The notes: a model not told the origin generated them from the letters alone. A stretch of 49,468 nt of DNA from an uncultured Bacteriovorax sp. (GCA_943914745.1 CALUDF010000001.1:1-49468); one strand, 5' to 3'. Shown: positions 1 through 9,973, counted from the stretch's first letter. Numbers and translations are program-made.

Positions 1-137
1 CGTTTACTTAGTACGATTTTCCACATAAGAAACTTACATAAAATTGTAACATACAAAATATTGTAAGTCCTCCTTGCTATTTAATAAGCAAAGCTGAAAA
101 GGTGAAAGGATCTTCATGTTGTTGGATTTATTAAATC

Positions 138-809
138 TTATTTGTAATAATGATGAAATTTCTTAAGCGCATCATAAAAAGTCGCAGAAGCTTCTTCGCT
201 CATATGGACTGGTAAAATGCTCTTGTCTTCCGTTGGCAACCATTTTCCGCCCCAATGAGCGCAAGCAAGAACTTGAAGATCAGACCCATTCTGGCAAACA
301 GCACATGCCTCAAGATCAATTTGCTCAAATCTTTCCCAACCGTAAGGGGCATCAAACATCGAAGCCATTTTTTTATTTTGCAGTGAGGATTCACCATCGT
401 GAGACTCGTCAGGATTCTCCCAGCTGTCGCGATAGAATGGTGAGCATGTTTTGCCTTGTTGGCATTTAAGGGCATCGTGATCAATGAAGTATCCAGGCTT
501 GGTGATTAAGCTTGAAGACGTCATCATGAAGTTGCGACTTTTTTGTCCCTCTATCTCATCCCAGATGTAGTCGATGTCTTCTGTGACTTGAAGTCTTGCG
601 GTCTGGATGAAGCTTAATCGCTCGCAAGTGGGAGCTTGTTTGTTAGGTTTAAAACTGATGAGAGAAGAGAGGGCATCATTGCCAGAGAAATTGATGATCC
701 AGTTTATTTCGATTGATAGTTCTCCGGTTGGGACATTTTGGCGCTGAACGAGGGCCCAGCTTGTAGAGGAGAAGAGAAGGAGGATGGAGAGTAAAAAGAT
801 TCTTTTCAT
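138..809 (-). CDS. Secreted Cys-rich hypothetical protein
   Basis: Start moved to ATG at 809, which gives a signal peptide MKRIFLLSILLLFSSTSWA. Six Cys residues; no family recognised with confidence. Confidence 0.8.
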   Translation of the reverse strand: MKRIFLLSILLLFSSTSWALVQRQNVPTGELSIEINWIINFSGNDALSSLISFKPNKQAPTCERLSFIQTARLQVTEDIDYIWDEIEGQKSRNFMMTSSSLITKPGYFIDHDALKCQQGKTCSPFYRDSWENPDESHDGESSLQNKKMASMFDAPYGWERFEQIDLEACAVCQNGSDLQVLACAHWGGKWLPTEDKSILPVHMSEEASATFYDALKKFHHYYK

Positions 810-942
810 AGAAGGTAAGCGTATCAATTCAAGTGAAATTCTCAATAGCAGTGTAATAACTACACCGCAGCTATTGTTTGATCTTTTAGTTAGTTATGAG
901 TTGGAATCTATACTAGTTTTTTAGAGAATTTAAAAATTTGCT

Positions 943-1257
943 TTATACTAAGCTACCTTGTGAATTTTGCCTTCTTACGATTACTAATTGATTGTTAGGA
1001 GCATGTATGTCAATTTTCCCTATATGTATGTGAGTATATTGATTTATGAACTCCCAAAGTAGCATGTTGCCATTTAAAGATCTTGTAAGTGGTGTTCTGA
1101 TATATACAAGAAACTCTGTGTTTTGATTTGTTGAAGGAGAATTAGTAATCTCAAAATTTTGAGCTTTAGCCTTATCAATTTTTCCATATTGATCCTGCCA
1201 TAAGTCTTTTTGTTTTTGCCAGTTATAGATGTTAGTAACAATAGTATCAAAATCCAT
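943..1257 (-). CDS. Hypothetical protein in AT-rich segment
   Basis: 104-aa ORF with ATG preceded by AGGGG; DNA is visibly more AT-rich than the rest of the window. Confidence 0.6.
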   Translation of the reverse strand: MDFDTIVTNIYNWQKQKDLWQDQYGKIDKAKAQNFEITNSPSTNQNTEFLVYIRTPLTRSLNGNMLLWEFINQYTHIHIGKIDIHAPNNQLVIVRRQNSQGSLV

Positions 1258-1337
1258 GTGTACCCCTAATGATTATTCATATAAGAATAATGTTTTTTTG
1301 AATTTTTGGTAGATTTTTATTAAGTATTAATTTGGGC

Positions 1338-1363
1338 AAAAAAAAGCCCCGCGTAAGCAGGGC
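1338..1363 (-). terminator. Rho-independent terminator after tRNA-Asp
   Basis: Minus strand GCCCTGC-TTAC-GCGGGGC hairpin followed by a T8 run. Confidence 0.8.
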
Positions 1364-1392
1364 CGTTTTCGTTTTTTGTATGTCTTTTAAAA

Positions 1393-1469
1393 TGGCGGGA
1401 GCGAAGGGACTCGAACCCTCGGCCTTCTGCGTGACAGGCAGACGTTATAACCAACTTAACTACGCCCCC
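1393..1469 (-). tRNA. tRNA-Asp (GTC)
   Basis: Reverse complement GGGGGCGTAGTTAAGTTGGTTATAACGTCTGCCTGTCACGCAGAAGGCCGAGGGTTCGAGTCCCTTCGCTCCCGCCA: 7-bp acceptor stem, TCTGC/GCAGA anticodon stem around GTC, GTTCGA T-loop, encoded CCA. Confidence 0.97.
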
Positions 1470-1489
1470 AGCAATCTTAAAGAAGCTAA

Positions 1490-1518
1490 AATATAAGAAT
1501 TCGAAGGCTTTTCGTCAA
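1490..1518 (-). promoter_or_regulatory. Sigma70-type promoter of tRNA-Asp
   Basis: TTGACG-N17-TATATT on the minus strand, 20 nt upstream of the tRNA. Confidence 0.7.
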
Positions 1519-1638
1519 GATAAAACTTTGAGGATTCCTTAAAAAAATGCGTTTCGCAATGCTTAAATATTGTCCCCGTCTGAGTTTGGCCCTAGACTAT
1601 TATTACAAAAATAACAGCTTAGTTGCTTTAGGAGTTTT

Positions 1639-2385
1639 GTGAATATTTTTATTACCGGCGGGACGACTGGAATTGGACTGGCATTGGCGAAACTTTACCT
1701 TGAAGAAGGCCATCGCGTAGGGGTGTGTGCTCGCAATTTAAGCCGATTCCCCTCTGAGATCAGGAACAAATATAAGCTTCTTGTTTGTTATGAAGTGGAT
1801 GTCACCAATAGAGAAGAGCTTTATAAGGCCATTCACGATTTTGCTCCGGTAGAGCTCGACATGGTTTTTGCCAATGCGGGAAGGTCGGTTGGGGCCAAGT
1901 CGAAAACACCGAAATTCTCCGTGGCCAACGAGATTATTGATATCAATGTGAAGGGAGTTCTCAACACTTTCGATATTGCTCTTGAGATTATGATGCCAAG
2001 AAAGAAGGGGCACTTAATTGCGACAGCATCGGTTGCAGGATTCATGGGTCTTCCGGGTGCGGGTGCCTATAGTGCTTCAAAGGCCGCAGTTTTAAAGCTG
2101 TGTGAATCTTATTCCCTTGATTTAAAGCCTCTGGGGATTCATGTCTCAGCGATTGCACCAGGGTTTGTTGATACTCCATTAACACAGCAAAATAACCACA
2201 AGATGCCATTTCTTATGAGTGCGGATAAAGCGGCAAGACTCATTAAGCGCGCGATCGAAAAGAAGAAAGTTCTTTATGTATTTCCGTTTAGAATGAAAGT
2301 GGTGGTGTCTATTCTTGATAAGATGCCGAGAAGTTTATATCGTTTGATTATGAATCTGAAATTTTTTAACTACAGCGAGGAGTAG
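1639..2385 (+). CDS. Short-chain dehydrogenase/reductase (SDR)
   Basis: TGGTTGIG cofactor motif, NAG, catalytic YSASK; GTG start after AGGAG. Confidence 0.92.
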   Translation: MNIFITGGTTGIGLALAKLYLEEGHRVGVCARNLSRFPSEIRNKYKLLVCYEVDVTNREELYKAIHDFAPVELDMVFANAGRSVGAKSKTPKFSVANEIIDINVKGVLNTFDIALEIMMPRKKGHLIATASVAGFMGLPGAGAYSASKAAVLKLCESYSLDLKPLGIHVSAIAPGFVDTPLTQQNNHKMPFLMSADKAARLIKRAIEKKKVLYVFPFRMKVVVSILDKMPRSLYRLIMNLKFFNYSEE

Positions 2386-2418
2386 GACTTAGGGTTTTAC
2401 TCATGTGAGGATTTAATT

Positions 2419-2673
2419 ATGAAATTATTGATTGTTCTAACATTACTAACAACAACTCCAACTTTCGCCCAAACAAAAGCAAAGAGCGCCATCCTTCCTC
2501 CAAGTGTTCAAGCAGCAGACGCTAAGAAACACGCAAAAACAAAAGAAGAAGCTCCATGTGACACGAAAGAAGATGTCTTAAAAAAGCTTGAAGAAAAGAA
2601 AAAAGAAAGTGCCCTTACTGGAAAAGGCTTAAGCCTTCAGGGAGCAACTGATTCAGGTTGCACTCTTAAGTAA
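2419..2673 (+). CDS. Small secreted protein with two Cys
   Basis: Signal peptide MKLLIVLTLLTTTPTFA; GAGG ribosome-binding site. Confidence 0.7.
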   Translation: MKLLIVLTLLTTTPTFAQTKAKSAILPPSVQAADAKKHAKTKEEAPCDTKEDVLKKLEEKKKESALTGKGLSLQGATDSGCTLK

Positions 2674-3307
2674 GAATCTTGAGAACATAAACGGTGCTCT
2701 CCAGAACTTCCCAATGAACATCGACGTTAAAAAGCCTTGATCCATAAGTTTTATATCCGTCTTCGTGAAAACGGGGGCGGGGATCAAGAGAGAGAATATC
2801 CACGATACTGGCCCTGAGCTCATCCGGGCATTCACATTTAAAAACCACTTCCAGTCTTTTAGCCTCCATTTCATCGGTCCAGCCAGAAGAAGCGTGGGGA
2901 ATGGATTCGATTTCTTTGAGATAGGGTTTTAAGTCATAGACGGGAGTCTGGTCTAGGAAGTCTCCACCCGTCACAACAATTTTTGTCCCTTCAATCTTTT
3001 TAATTTTTACTAAGGAGAGACCCATATTGTTTGGCCTAAAGGGAGACCTGGTGGCAAAGACACCTTGTTTAGTATTTCCACCTAAGCGTGGAGGGCGAAC
3101 GGACAATGAATGCTCATTGGTCGAAGGGACTTCATGAAATTCAAAAATCACCCAGAGGTGTGAGAAAGATTCCAGCCCGCTTAAGGCTTCAAGGCGATTA
3201 TAAGGGGGAAGAAGTTCGATTGTCGCTTCAACGGACGTGAGTCCTGGCTGCCTGGGGATAGAGAACTTTTCTTTATAGGGAGAGTGAATGAGGGCAATCG
3301 TCTTCAA
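2666..3307 (-). CDS. tsaA: tRNA (N6-threonylcarbamoyl-A37)-N6-methyltransferase TrmO/TsaA
   Basis: PRQP, VRPPRLGGN, GVFATRSPFRPN, DLKPY and DPRP motifs. Confidence 0.92.
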   Translation of the reverse strand: MKTIALIHSPYKEKFSIPRQPGLTSVEATIELLPPYNRLEALSGLESFSHLWVIFEFHEVPSTNEHSLSVRPPRLGGNTKQGVFATRSPFRPNNMGLSLVKIKKIEGTKIVVTGGDFLDQTPVYDLKPYLKEIESIPHASSGWTDEMEAKRLEVVFKCECPDELRASIVDILSLDPRPRFHEDGYKTYGSRLFNVDVHWEVLESTVYVLKILT

Positions 3308-3309
3308 GA

Positions 3310-3867
3310 CTACTCGTCCAGCTGATCATCTGGGTGGGCGTTTACGAAACGAGAAAACTCTTCGTTATACATGATCTTAGTCGTATCAGTGATGCGGTCG
3401 ACGTAGAGCTTGCCAAAAAGATGATCGAGCTCGTGTTGGAAGACGGTCGCTAAAAAATCCTCAGCAATGATTTGCTTTTTTTCACCATGTTCATTGATGT
3501 AATCAATCTGAACTTTCTTTGGTCTTTCAACAAAGCCTCGAAGACCCGGAACAGAAAGACAGCCTTCCCAAAAACCTTGGTGCTCAGTTGTGAGGTCTTT
3601 TATCACTGGATTGATGATGACCATGAGGGGAGTTCCTTCAAGATCGCCGTAGCGTTCATTATTTTCTGGAAGTTCAATCAAAGTGATTTGTTTAGAGATG
3701 TTGATTTGCGGGGCCGCAATTCCGATTCCACCCTCGTGCTTCATGGTATCGTACATGTCGATTAAGAGTTGCTTGAACTCTGGAGTTTTAAGCTCACTTA
3801 AAGGCACCTCTTCTGCAATTTTTCTAAGTGTCGGGTGACCCATGCGAATGACTTTTTGGATGGCCAT
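3310..3867 (-). CDS. def: Peptide deformylase
   Basis: GIGIAAPQ, EGCLSVP and QHELDHL motifs. Confidence 0.97.
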   Translation of the reverse strand: MAIQKVIRMGHPTLRKIAEEVPLSELKTPEFKQLLIDMYDTMKHEGGIGIAAPQINISKQITLIELPENNERYGDLEGTPLMVIINPVIKDLTTEHQGFWEGCLSVPGLRGFVERPKKVQIDYINEHGEKKQIIAEDFLATVFQHELDHLFGKLYVDRITDTTKIMYNEEFSRFVNAHPDDQLDE

Positions 3868-3941
3868 AAATTACTCCTCGTTTCCTATTAAATTCTTAGC
3901 ATAATTTGTGGAATAGAGTAAGCTTATGGGATAGAAAACCC

Positions 3942-4430
3942 ATGAATAAAGAAAAAAACTACATCACTCCCAGAGGATTTAAGAAGCTTCAGGATGAGCA
4001 CCACCAACTCTCTAGAGTTGAGCGCCCTGAAGTCACTAAAACCGTGGCCTGGGCCGCTTCCAACGGAGATCGTTCGGAGAATGCTGACTATATTTATGGG
4101 AAAAAGCGTCTGCGCGAAATCGATAAACGTGTGCGTTTTTTGAGCTCCCGCATAGACCTTGCGGTCGTCGTTGATCCGTTAAGCGTCAAAAGTGATAAAG
4201 TCCAGTTTGGCGCGACTGTAACCATCGCAGATGAAGACAGTGGTGAAGAGAAAACCATTTGCATTGTAGGTGTTGATGAGATCAACACGGAAAAAAATCA
4301 ACTTAGCTGGCGCTCCCCCCTTGGAAGTTCTTTGATTGGCAAAGAAGTTGGTGATACAATTTTGGTCAAAGTTCCTGCCGGGGCAAAGTCTTACGAAATC
4401 ATCGAAATCGAATACGTGAGCATTGAGTAA
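3942..4430 (+). CDS. greB: Transcription elongation factor GreB
   Basis: NYITPRG, WAASNGDRSENADYIYGKKRLREIDKRVRFL, SWRSPLG; start moved to ATG at 3942. Confidence 0.95.
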   Translation: MNKEKNYITPRGFKKLQDEHHQLSRVERPEVTKTVAWAASNGDRSENADYIYGKKRLREIDKRVRFLSSRIDLAVVVDPLSVKSDKVQFGATVTIADEDSGEEKTICIVGVDEINTEKNQLSWRSPLGSSLIGKEVGDTILVKVPAGAKSYEIIEIEYVSIE

Positions 4431-4435
4431 AGTTT

Positions 4436-4816
4436 ATGAATATAACTTGTGAAGTTTCTTTGGGTGAATTGGTCGACAAGATTTCCATCTTAAAAATTAA
4501 GCTGGAGCACATTACTGACCAGGATAAACTCAAGTTTGTAAGAAAAGAAGAAGAGACCCTTTCAAAAACTCTTGCTTCACTGAAGCTCGAGAACATTGAT
4601 TTTCACTTAAATCAAATGATTGATGTGAATCAAAAACTTTGGAAAATTGAAGACGACATCCGCGATCTTGAAAGAGATAAGGATTTTGGAGAGCGCTTTA
4701 TTGAACTTGCCCGCGCCGTCTACATCACTAACGATGAGCGCTTTAGAAGAAAGAATACGATCAACACAACTTATAAATCAGGCCTCGCAGAGGTCAAGTC
4801 TTACAAAGACTATTAG
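4436..4816 (+). CDS. DUF6165-like protein
   Basis: VSLGELVDKISILKIK, LWKIEDDIR, FIELARAVYITNDER and EVKSY patterns. Confidence 0.75.
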   Translation: MNITCEVSLGELVDKISILKIKLEHITDQDKLKFVRKEEETLSKTLASLKLENIDFHLNQMIDVNQKLWKIEDDIRDLERDKDFGERFIELARAVYITNDERFRRKNTINTTYKSGLAEVKSYKDY

Positions 4817-4833
4817 GAATCAAGGCAGAATCC

Positions 4834-5691
4834 ATGGCAATTAAGAGAACGAACACGAGAAACGACCACATGACGACAAAAAAAGTTGCGGCAAAGAGGA
4901 CACCCAAGCTCTCACGCGATGAAAAGTATCGCCTCTATCTTGCCTCGGTTCAAAACCCACAAGCTGACATTGATTTCATCAACAAAGAGTATAAGGCCCT
5001 TCACGGAAGAGCGCCTCTTACTTTGCGCGAAGATTTCTGTGGAACGGGTCTTCTGGCCTGCGAATGGGTAGAGCAGGGTGCAAAACACAAGGCCTACGGA
5101 ATCGATTTAGACATGGAGCCGATCTCTTACGGATTCGTCAATCACTTCAGCGAGCTCGATGAAGATGAACAAAAGCGCATGAAGTACATTAACGGAAACG
5201 TCCTTTCGACTTTTGATTTTAAGACAGACGTCGTTGTCGCTTTTAACTTCTCTTATTATCTTTTTAAAAAAAGAAATGACCTGCTCGCTTATTTCACATC
5301 AGTGAGAAAGCACATGAAGAAAGACTCGATCTTTTTGATTGATATGTTTGGTGGGACAGAGAGCCGCCAGGAGCTGGAAGAGTCAGTAAAACACAAAAGC
5401 CACACTTACTACTGGGACTGCCATAGCTATAACCCACTGACAGCAGAGTGCATGTACTACATCCACTTTAAAACAGCGGATGGTGTAAAGCATGAGAAAG
5501 TTTTCGAGTACGACTGGAGAATGTGGGACGCTCGCGAACTCATGGACATCCTGGAAGATGCTGGATTTTCTAAAACACATATTTACTGGGAAGGTGTGGA
5601 TAAGGACGGAACAGGAAATGGCGTCTTTAAGAAATCAACGAAAGCAGAAAACTGCGAATCGTGGGTGACTTACATCTGTGCTCAGCCGTAA
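4834..5691 (+). CDS. Class I SAM-dependent methyltransferase
   Basis: LREDFCGTG motif I, GIDLD, AFNFSY, FEYDWRMW. Confidence 0.82.
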   Translation: MAIKRTNTRNDHMTTKKVAAKRTPKLSRDEKYRLYLASVQNPQADIDFINKEYKALHGRAPLTLREDFCGTGLLACEWVEQGAKHKAYGIDLDMEPISYGFVNHFSELDEDEQKRMKYINGNVLSTFDFKTDVVVAFNFSYYLFKKRNDLLAYFTSVRKHMKKDSIFLIDMFGGTESRQELEESVKHKSHTYYWDCHSYNPLTAECMYYIHFKTADGVKHEKVFEYDWRMWDARELMDILEDAGFSKTHIYWEGVDKDGTGNGVFKKSTKAENCESWVTYICAQP

Positions 5692-6111
5692 TTAAATGTC
5701 GAGTGCCTTGAACTCAAACTGTGAATAACGCTTTTTGAGTTCAGGCATCCACTCATCGCTGGTTTTATCAAGAATCAGAATTGTCTTTCTCGCCGGATTT
5801 TTGGCTTCGATCAAAGCAACCTGCTCATCAATATCACCTGAGATTTGCGACTTCGTCAGATCTTTTGTCCTTAAATGCGCCAGGAAAACTTTATTGTTAA
5901 AGTTTTGAGTGAAGAAAATATGCGCGTGCTGATTTGACGTTGTCTCTTGCCCATAGAGATACTGCGAGAGAAGACCGTCAAAGAGATAGTTAAAATCATC
6001 AAAACCAGCAAGCTCGCGAGAAAGCTCCGCACTCGTCACCCAAAAAATCCCGAGCACCTCTGGGGTGAACTGATCAAGAATGTTAGGAGAGGTTTTGGTG
6101 TTTGTGGACAT
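5692..6111 (-). CDS. Hypothetical protein, last gene of the fab-glyA-nrdR-nusB run
   Basis: 139-aa ORF starting 2 nt after the nusB stop. Confidence 0.75.
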   Translation of the reverse strand: MSTNTKTSPNILDQFTPEVLGIFWVTSAELSRELAGFDDFNYLFDGLLSQYLYGQETTSNQHAHIFFTQNFNNKVFLAHLRTKDLTKSQISGDIDEQVALIEAKNPARKTILILDKTSDEWMPELKKRYSQFEFKALDI

Positions 6112-6113
6112 GA

Positions 6114-6611
6114 CTAGCGATGATCCTTGGCGATCTTGTCTAAAACACTGTTAATGAAGCCGTGAGAGTCATTAGGGCAGTATTTTTTAGCGATGTTGAC
6201 ATATTCGTTGATGAAGACACCTGGAGCTGTCTCTTTGTCGCTTTGGATTTCGTAAGCTCCAAGAAGAAGAACTGCAAGGTTCATGCGGTCGACTTTTTGA
6301 AGGTTGTTGTTTGAGAGATATTTCTCAATGATCTTCGAGTTTGTGTCCTCTTGTCTGAGAGATCCGAGGATCAACTCTTTAGAGAACATCTTCGTATGGA
6401 TATCAATCTTGTTATCCGGGTGTTCTGAGTCTTCTTCATGGTAAGAGTCATCAAAGAGATTAAGGGCGTCGTTGAGTGCCTTACTGTCATTAATGATTTC
6501 ACTTTTTTCAATCGCAAAGTCATTAAGCAGATGCTTGTAGATAAACTTAAAGGCGTATTCACGGCCGATGGTTCTTTTGCTGGTATTACTGTTGGATGTC
6601 ACGTTTTTCAC
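6114..6611 (-). CDS. nusB: Transcription antitermination factor NusB
   Basis: R..GREYA N-terminus, VDRMNLAVLLLGAYEI, INEYVNIAKKY, FINSVLDKI. Confidence 0.88.
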   Translation of the reverse strand: MKNVTSNSNTSKRTIGREYAFKFIYKHLLNDFAIEKSEIINDSKALNDALNLFDDSYHEEDSEHPDNKIDIHTKMFSKELILGSLRQEDTNSKIIEKYLSNNNLQKVDRMNLAVLLLGAYEIQSDKETAPGVFINEYVNIAKKYCPNDSHGFINSVLDKIAKDHR

Positions 6612-7083
6612 CTTTATCGCTGATAGATTTTACTGAGTGCAGTTTGTTTTTTAGGCCGTAGACGAATTCCTCGATATCTTTGAAGTCCCAATAGAAAGAG
6701 GCGTAACGAACATAGGCGACGCGGTCAAGTTCCTTTAAACGGTCCATGATGATTTCACCTAAGTCGCGGGCGCGCACTTCCGTGCGGGAAATATCGAGAA
6801 GGGATCTCTCTACGCTGTTTAAGAGTTTGTTGATCTGGTCAGTTGAGACGTTTCTCTTCTGGCAGGCCTTGTTTAACCCTTTCATGATTTTTTCACGGTT
6901 ATAAGCTTCTCTGCGTCCGTCTTTTTTCACAATGAGAGGCATCTGAATCTGGATGTTCTCATAAGTCGTAAAGCGCGTCTCACACATATCGCATTTCCTG
7001 CGACGGCGCACAGAGTTTTCTTCCACCAGCATTCTGGAGTCGATGACTCTCGTGTCTTGGGCGTTACAACTTGGACAATGCAT
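6586..7083 (-). CDS. nrdR: Transcriptional repressor NrdR
   Basis: CPSC...DSR...RRRRKC..C..RFTTYE zinc ribbon, ATP cone, VAYVRYAS. Confidence 0.97.
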   Translation of the reverse strand: MHCPSCNAQDTRVIDSRMLVEENSVRRRRKCDMCETRFTTYENIQIQMPLIVKKDGRREAYNREKIMKGLNKACQKRNVSTDQINKLLNSVERSLLDISRTEVRARDLGEIIMDRLKELDRVAYVRYASFYWDFKDIEEFVYGLKNKLHSVKSISDKGEKRDIQQ

Positions 7084-7085
7084 AC

Positions 7086-8339
7086 TTACTTATATACCGG
7101 GTATGATTTACAAAGGTCTAAGACCTGAGTTCTGATTTTCTTTAATGCGTCTTCATTGCTCGCATTTCTTAGCGCTTCGTTAATCCATGAAGCCAATGTC
7201 TCCATGTGAGTTTCAGTGAGCCCGCGCGTGGTGATCGCAGGAGTTCCTAAACGCACACCAGAGGTCACGAAAGGAGATCTCTTGTCCTGAGGAACCATGT
7301 TTTTATTGCATGTGATCCCTGCAAGCTCGAGAGCGTGCTCAGCTTCTTTACCTGAGAGCCCAACAGAATCCGTTTTAACGAGAACAAGATGGTTGTCCGT
7401 TCCACCAGAAACAAGGGCAATTCCTTTGTTCGTTAAAGCAGCTGCAAGCGCTTTAGCGTTGGCGATCACTTGTTTTTGGTAAGTCACGTAGTCTGGCTGA
7501 AGAGCTTCGTAGAAGGCCACGGCTTTAGCGGCAATCACGTGCTCAAGAGGTCCACCCTGAATACCTGGGAAGATATTTGAGTTGAGCTTTTTAAAGAGCT
7601 CTTCGTTGTTGGTGAGAATAATCCCTCCGCGAGGTCCGCGAAGAGTTTTATGGGTCGTTGACGTCGTCACATCAGCATAAGGAACAGGAGAGTTGTGTAA
7701 GCCTGCTGCGACTAATCCTGCGATGTGGGCCATGTCGACCATGAGTTTTGCTCCGACTTCATCAGCGATTTCTTTAAACGTCTTGAAGTCGATTTCACGA
7801 GGGTAAGCCGAAGCTCCCGCGACGATGAGTTTTGGTTGCTCTTTTTTAGCTTGCTCGCGAACGATGTTGAAATCGATTCTTTCCGTCTCGTAATTTAATC
7901 CGTAGGCGGCAAAGTTAAAAAGTTTTCCTGAGAAGTTAACAGGTGACCCGTGAGTCAAGTGTCCACCTTCTGCCAGGTTCATCCCGAGAACTTTATCTCC
8001 TGGATTAATAGTCGCGAAGTAAGCTCCCATGTTCGCTTGCGAGCCCGAGTGTGGCTGAACGTTGGCAAACTTGCTTCCAAAGATCTTGTTGACTCTTTCA
8101 ATCGCCAGAATTTCAGATTGGTCAACAAACTCGCAACCACCGTAGTAGCGCTTGTTTGGCAGACCTTCTGCGTATTTGTTGGTCAGGATCGAGCCCTGAG
8201 CTTCCATGACGGCTTGTGAAGTGTAGTTCTCAGAAGCGATTAACTCCAGTCCATCTTCCTGGCGAACGCGCTCTCTTTGGATGATCGCGAAGATCTCCGG
8301 GTCCATGGTTGAGACTTTCGTCGCATTTTTATTAAACAT
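7086..8339 (-). CDS. glyA: Serine hydroxymethyltransferase
   Basis: [31 protein letters not shown]. Confidence 0.98.
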   Translation of the reverse strand: MFNKNATKVSTMDPEIFAIIQRERVRQEDGLELIASENYTSQAVMEAQGSILTNKYAEGLPNKRYYGGCEFVDQSEILAIERVNKIFGSKFANVQPHSGSQANMGAYFATINPGDKVLGMNLAEGGHLTHGSPVNFSGKLFNFAAYGLNYETERIDFNIVREQAKKEQPKLIVAGASAYPREIDFKTFKEIADEVGAKLMVDMAHIAGLVAAGLHNSPVPYADVTTSTTHKTLRGPRGGIILTNNEELFKKLNSNIFPGIQGGPLEHVIAAKAVAFYEALQPDYVTYQKQVIANAKALAAALTNKGIALVSGGTDNHLVLVKTDSVGLSGKEAEHALELAGITCNKNMVPQDKRSPFVTSGVRLGTPAITTRGLTETHMETLASWINEALRNASNEDALKKIRTQVLDLCKSYPVYK

Positions 8340-8351
8340 AATTAAACCTGC

Positions 8352-9608
8352 TTATACTTTTTTGAGTAGTAGTGAAGAGTTCGTCCCACCAAAACCAAAT
8401 GAGTTGTTTAAAGCGTACTTAATGTCTTTTTTGACTGCTTTATTAGCTGTGACGTTCAGGTCACATTCCGGATCAAGATTTTTTACGTTGATCGTTGGAG
8501 GGATCATTCCTGTGTGAAGGGCCATCGCACAGAAGATGGTCTCAATTCCACCGGCAGCTCCAAGTAAATGCCCTGTCATCGACTTAGTCGAAGAGACGTT
8601 TAAATTGTAAGCGTGGTCACCGAATGTTCTCTTGATCGCTCTTAGTTCACCAATGTCTCCAAGCGGAGTCGATGTCCCGTGAGCGTTTACGTATCCAATT
8701 TCTTTTAAGTCAACGCCAGCATCTTCAATGGCCATTTTCATTGACCTAAAGGCACCATCACCCTCAGGGTGTGGGGCAGTGATGTGGTGGGCATCCGAAG
8801 TCGCCCCGTGGCCCACGATCTCAGCGTAGATCTTTGCTCCACGAGCAACTGCTTTATCGTAGTTTTCTAAAATTAAAATACCGGCACCTTCTCCAAGAAC
8901 GAATCCGTCGCGGTCAGCGTCGTATGGACGAGAAGCTGTCGCTGGGTCATCATTTCTTTTTGAAAGAGCTTTCATATTTCCGAAACCGGCAATCGAGAGA
9001 TTGCAGATAACAGACTCAGCTCCACCTGAGACCATCATGTCCTGTCTTCCAAACATGATTTCATAACAAGCAGATGTCAGTGCGTGAGCAGCTGAAGCAC
9101 AAGCTGAAGCGATGGCGAAATTTAATCCACCAAGGTTATAGCGGATAGTAACAAGACCAGAGGGCATGTTAGGGATGATTGCGGGGATGAAGAAAGGAGA
9201 CACACGTCTTGGCCCTTTTTCAAAAAGAGTCTTTGCAGTGTTTTCGATTTCAGGAAATCCACCGATACCAACACCCAAGATACACCCCATTCTGTCCATG
9301 TCGTATGGACGGTTCTCTAAAAGACCTGCGTCTTGTAGAGCTTCGTGAGTTGAGTGCATGGCAAAGTGAATGAAGCGGTCGTATTTAGCGGCTTCTTTTG
9401 CGTCTAATATGTCTGCTGCAAGTTCGAAGTTTTTGACTTCTCCTGCGAATTTTGTCGTCAGTAATTCTGTGTTGATTTGTTCAACTAAAGAGACACCTGA
9501 TTTTCCTTCAAGTGCATTTGCCCAAACGTCTTTGAGGTTATGACCAAGTCCGTTGATCATTCCCATGCCTGTGATGGCGACTCTGTTTAATTTTTTACCT
9601 TCGGTCAT
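8352..9608 (-). CDS. fabF: Beta-ketoacyl-ACP synthase II
   Basis: SACAS active-site Cys, NAHGTST, TGHLLGAAG, NSFGFGG. Confidence 0.97.
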   Translation of the reverse strand: MTEGKKLNRVAITGMGMINGLGHNLKDVWANALEGKSGVSLVEQINTELLTTKFAGEVKNFELAADILDAKEAAKYDRFIHFAMHSTHEALQDAGLLENRPYDMDRMGCILGVGIGGFPEIENTAKTLFEKGPRRVSPFFIPAIIPNMPSGLVTIRYNLGGLNFAIASACASAAHALTSACYEIMFGRQDMMVSGGAESVICNLSIAGFGNMKALSKRNDDPATASRPYDADRDGFVLGEGAGILILENYDKAVARGAKIYAEIVGHGATSDAHHITAPHPEGDGAFRSMKMAIEDAGVDLKEIGYVNAHGTSTPLGDIGELRAIKRTFGDHAYNLNVSSTKSMTGHLLGAAGGIETIFCAMALHTGMIPPTINVKNLDPECDLNVTANKAVKKDIKYALNNSFGFGGTNSSLLLKKV

Positions 9609-9660
9609 ATTGGCCTCCCGTAATCTTTATTAAGCTTGGAAATTATCCCGTAAAAACTAC

Positions 9661-9681
9661 AAAGGCCTCTTTCGAGGCCTT
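9661..9681 (-). terminator. Hairpin/terminator between acpP and fabF
   Basis: AAGGCCTC-GAAA-GAGGCCTT on the minus strand, followed by a T-rich tail. Confidence 0.65.
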
Positions 9682-9697
9682 AAAGCAAGAAAGCTGA

Positions 9698-9925
9698 TTA
9701 AGCTTGTTTCTTTTCTAAGTAAGTAACGATGTCTTTTACTGTTTTTAGACCTTCAGCATCTTCCTCAGGAATTTCTACACCGAATTCGTCTTCCATTTTC
9801 ATCATTAGTTCTACGATATCTAGTGAATCTAGGTTTAGATCGTCAACGAAACTAGTTTCAAGATTGATCTTAGCGATATCAATTTTAGTCGCGTCGCTGA
9901 TCAGTTTAATAACCTTGTCTTTCAT
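9698..9925 (-). CDS. acpP: Acyl carrier protein
   Basis: DDLNLDSLDIVEL phosphopantetheine attachment motif. Confidence 0.97.
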   Translation of the reverse strand: MKDKVIKLISDATKIDIAKINLETSFVDDLNLDSLDIVELMMKMEDEFGVEIPEEDAEGLKTVKDIVTYLEKKQA

Positions 9926-9973
9926 TCAATAACTCCTGAAATGAATCTAAAAAAATAAGTATTAGTATTTGTA

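Noticed and set aside
1..80. Strong minus-strand AAGGAGG at 69..75 and an ACTTACA/TGTAAGT inverted repeat suggesting a small gene or RNA
   Set aside because: No canonical start at normal spacing, the inner stem pairs poorly, and the context is cut by the window edge.
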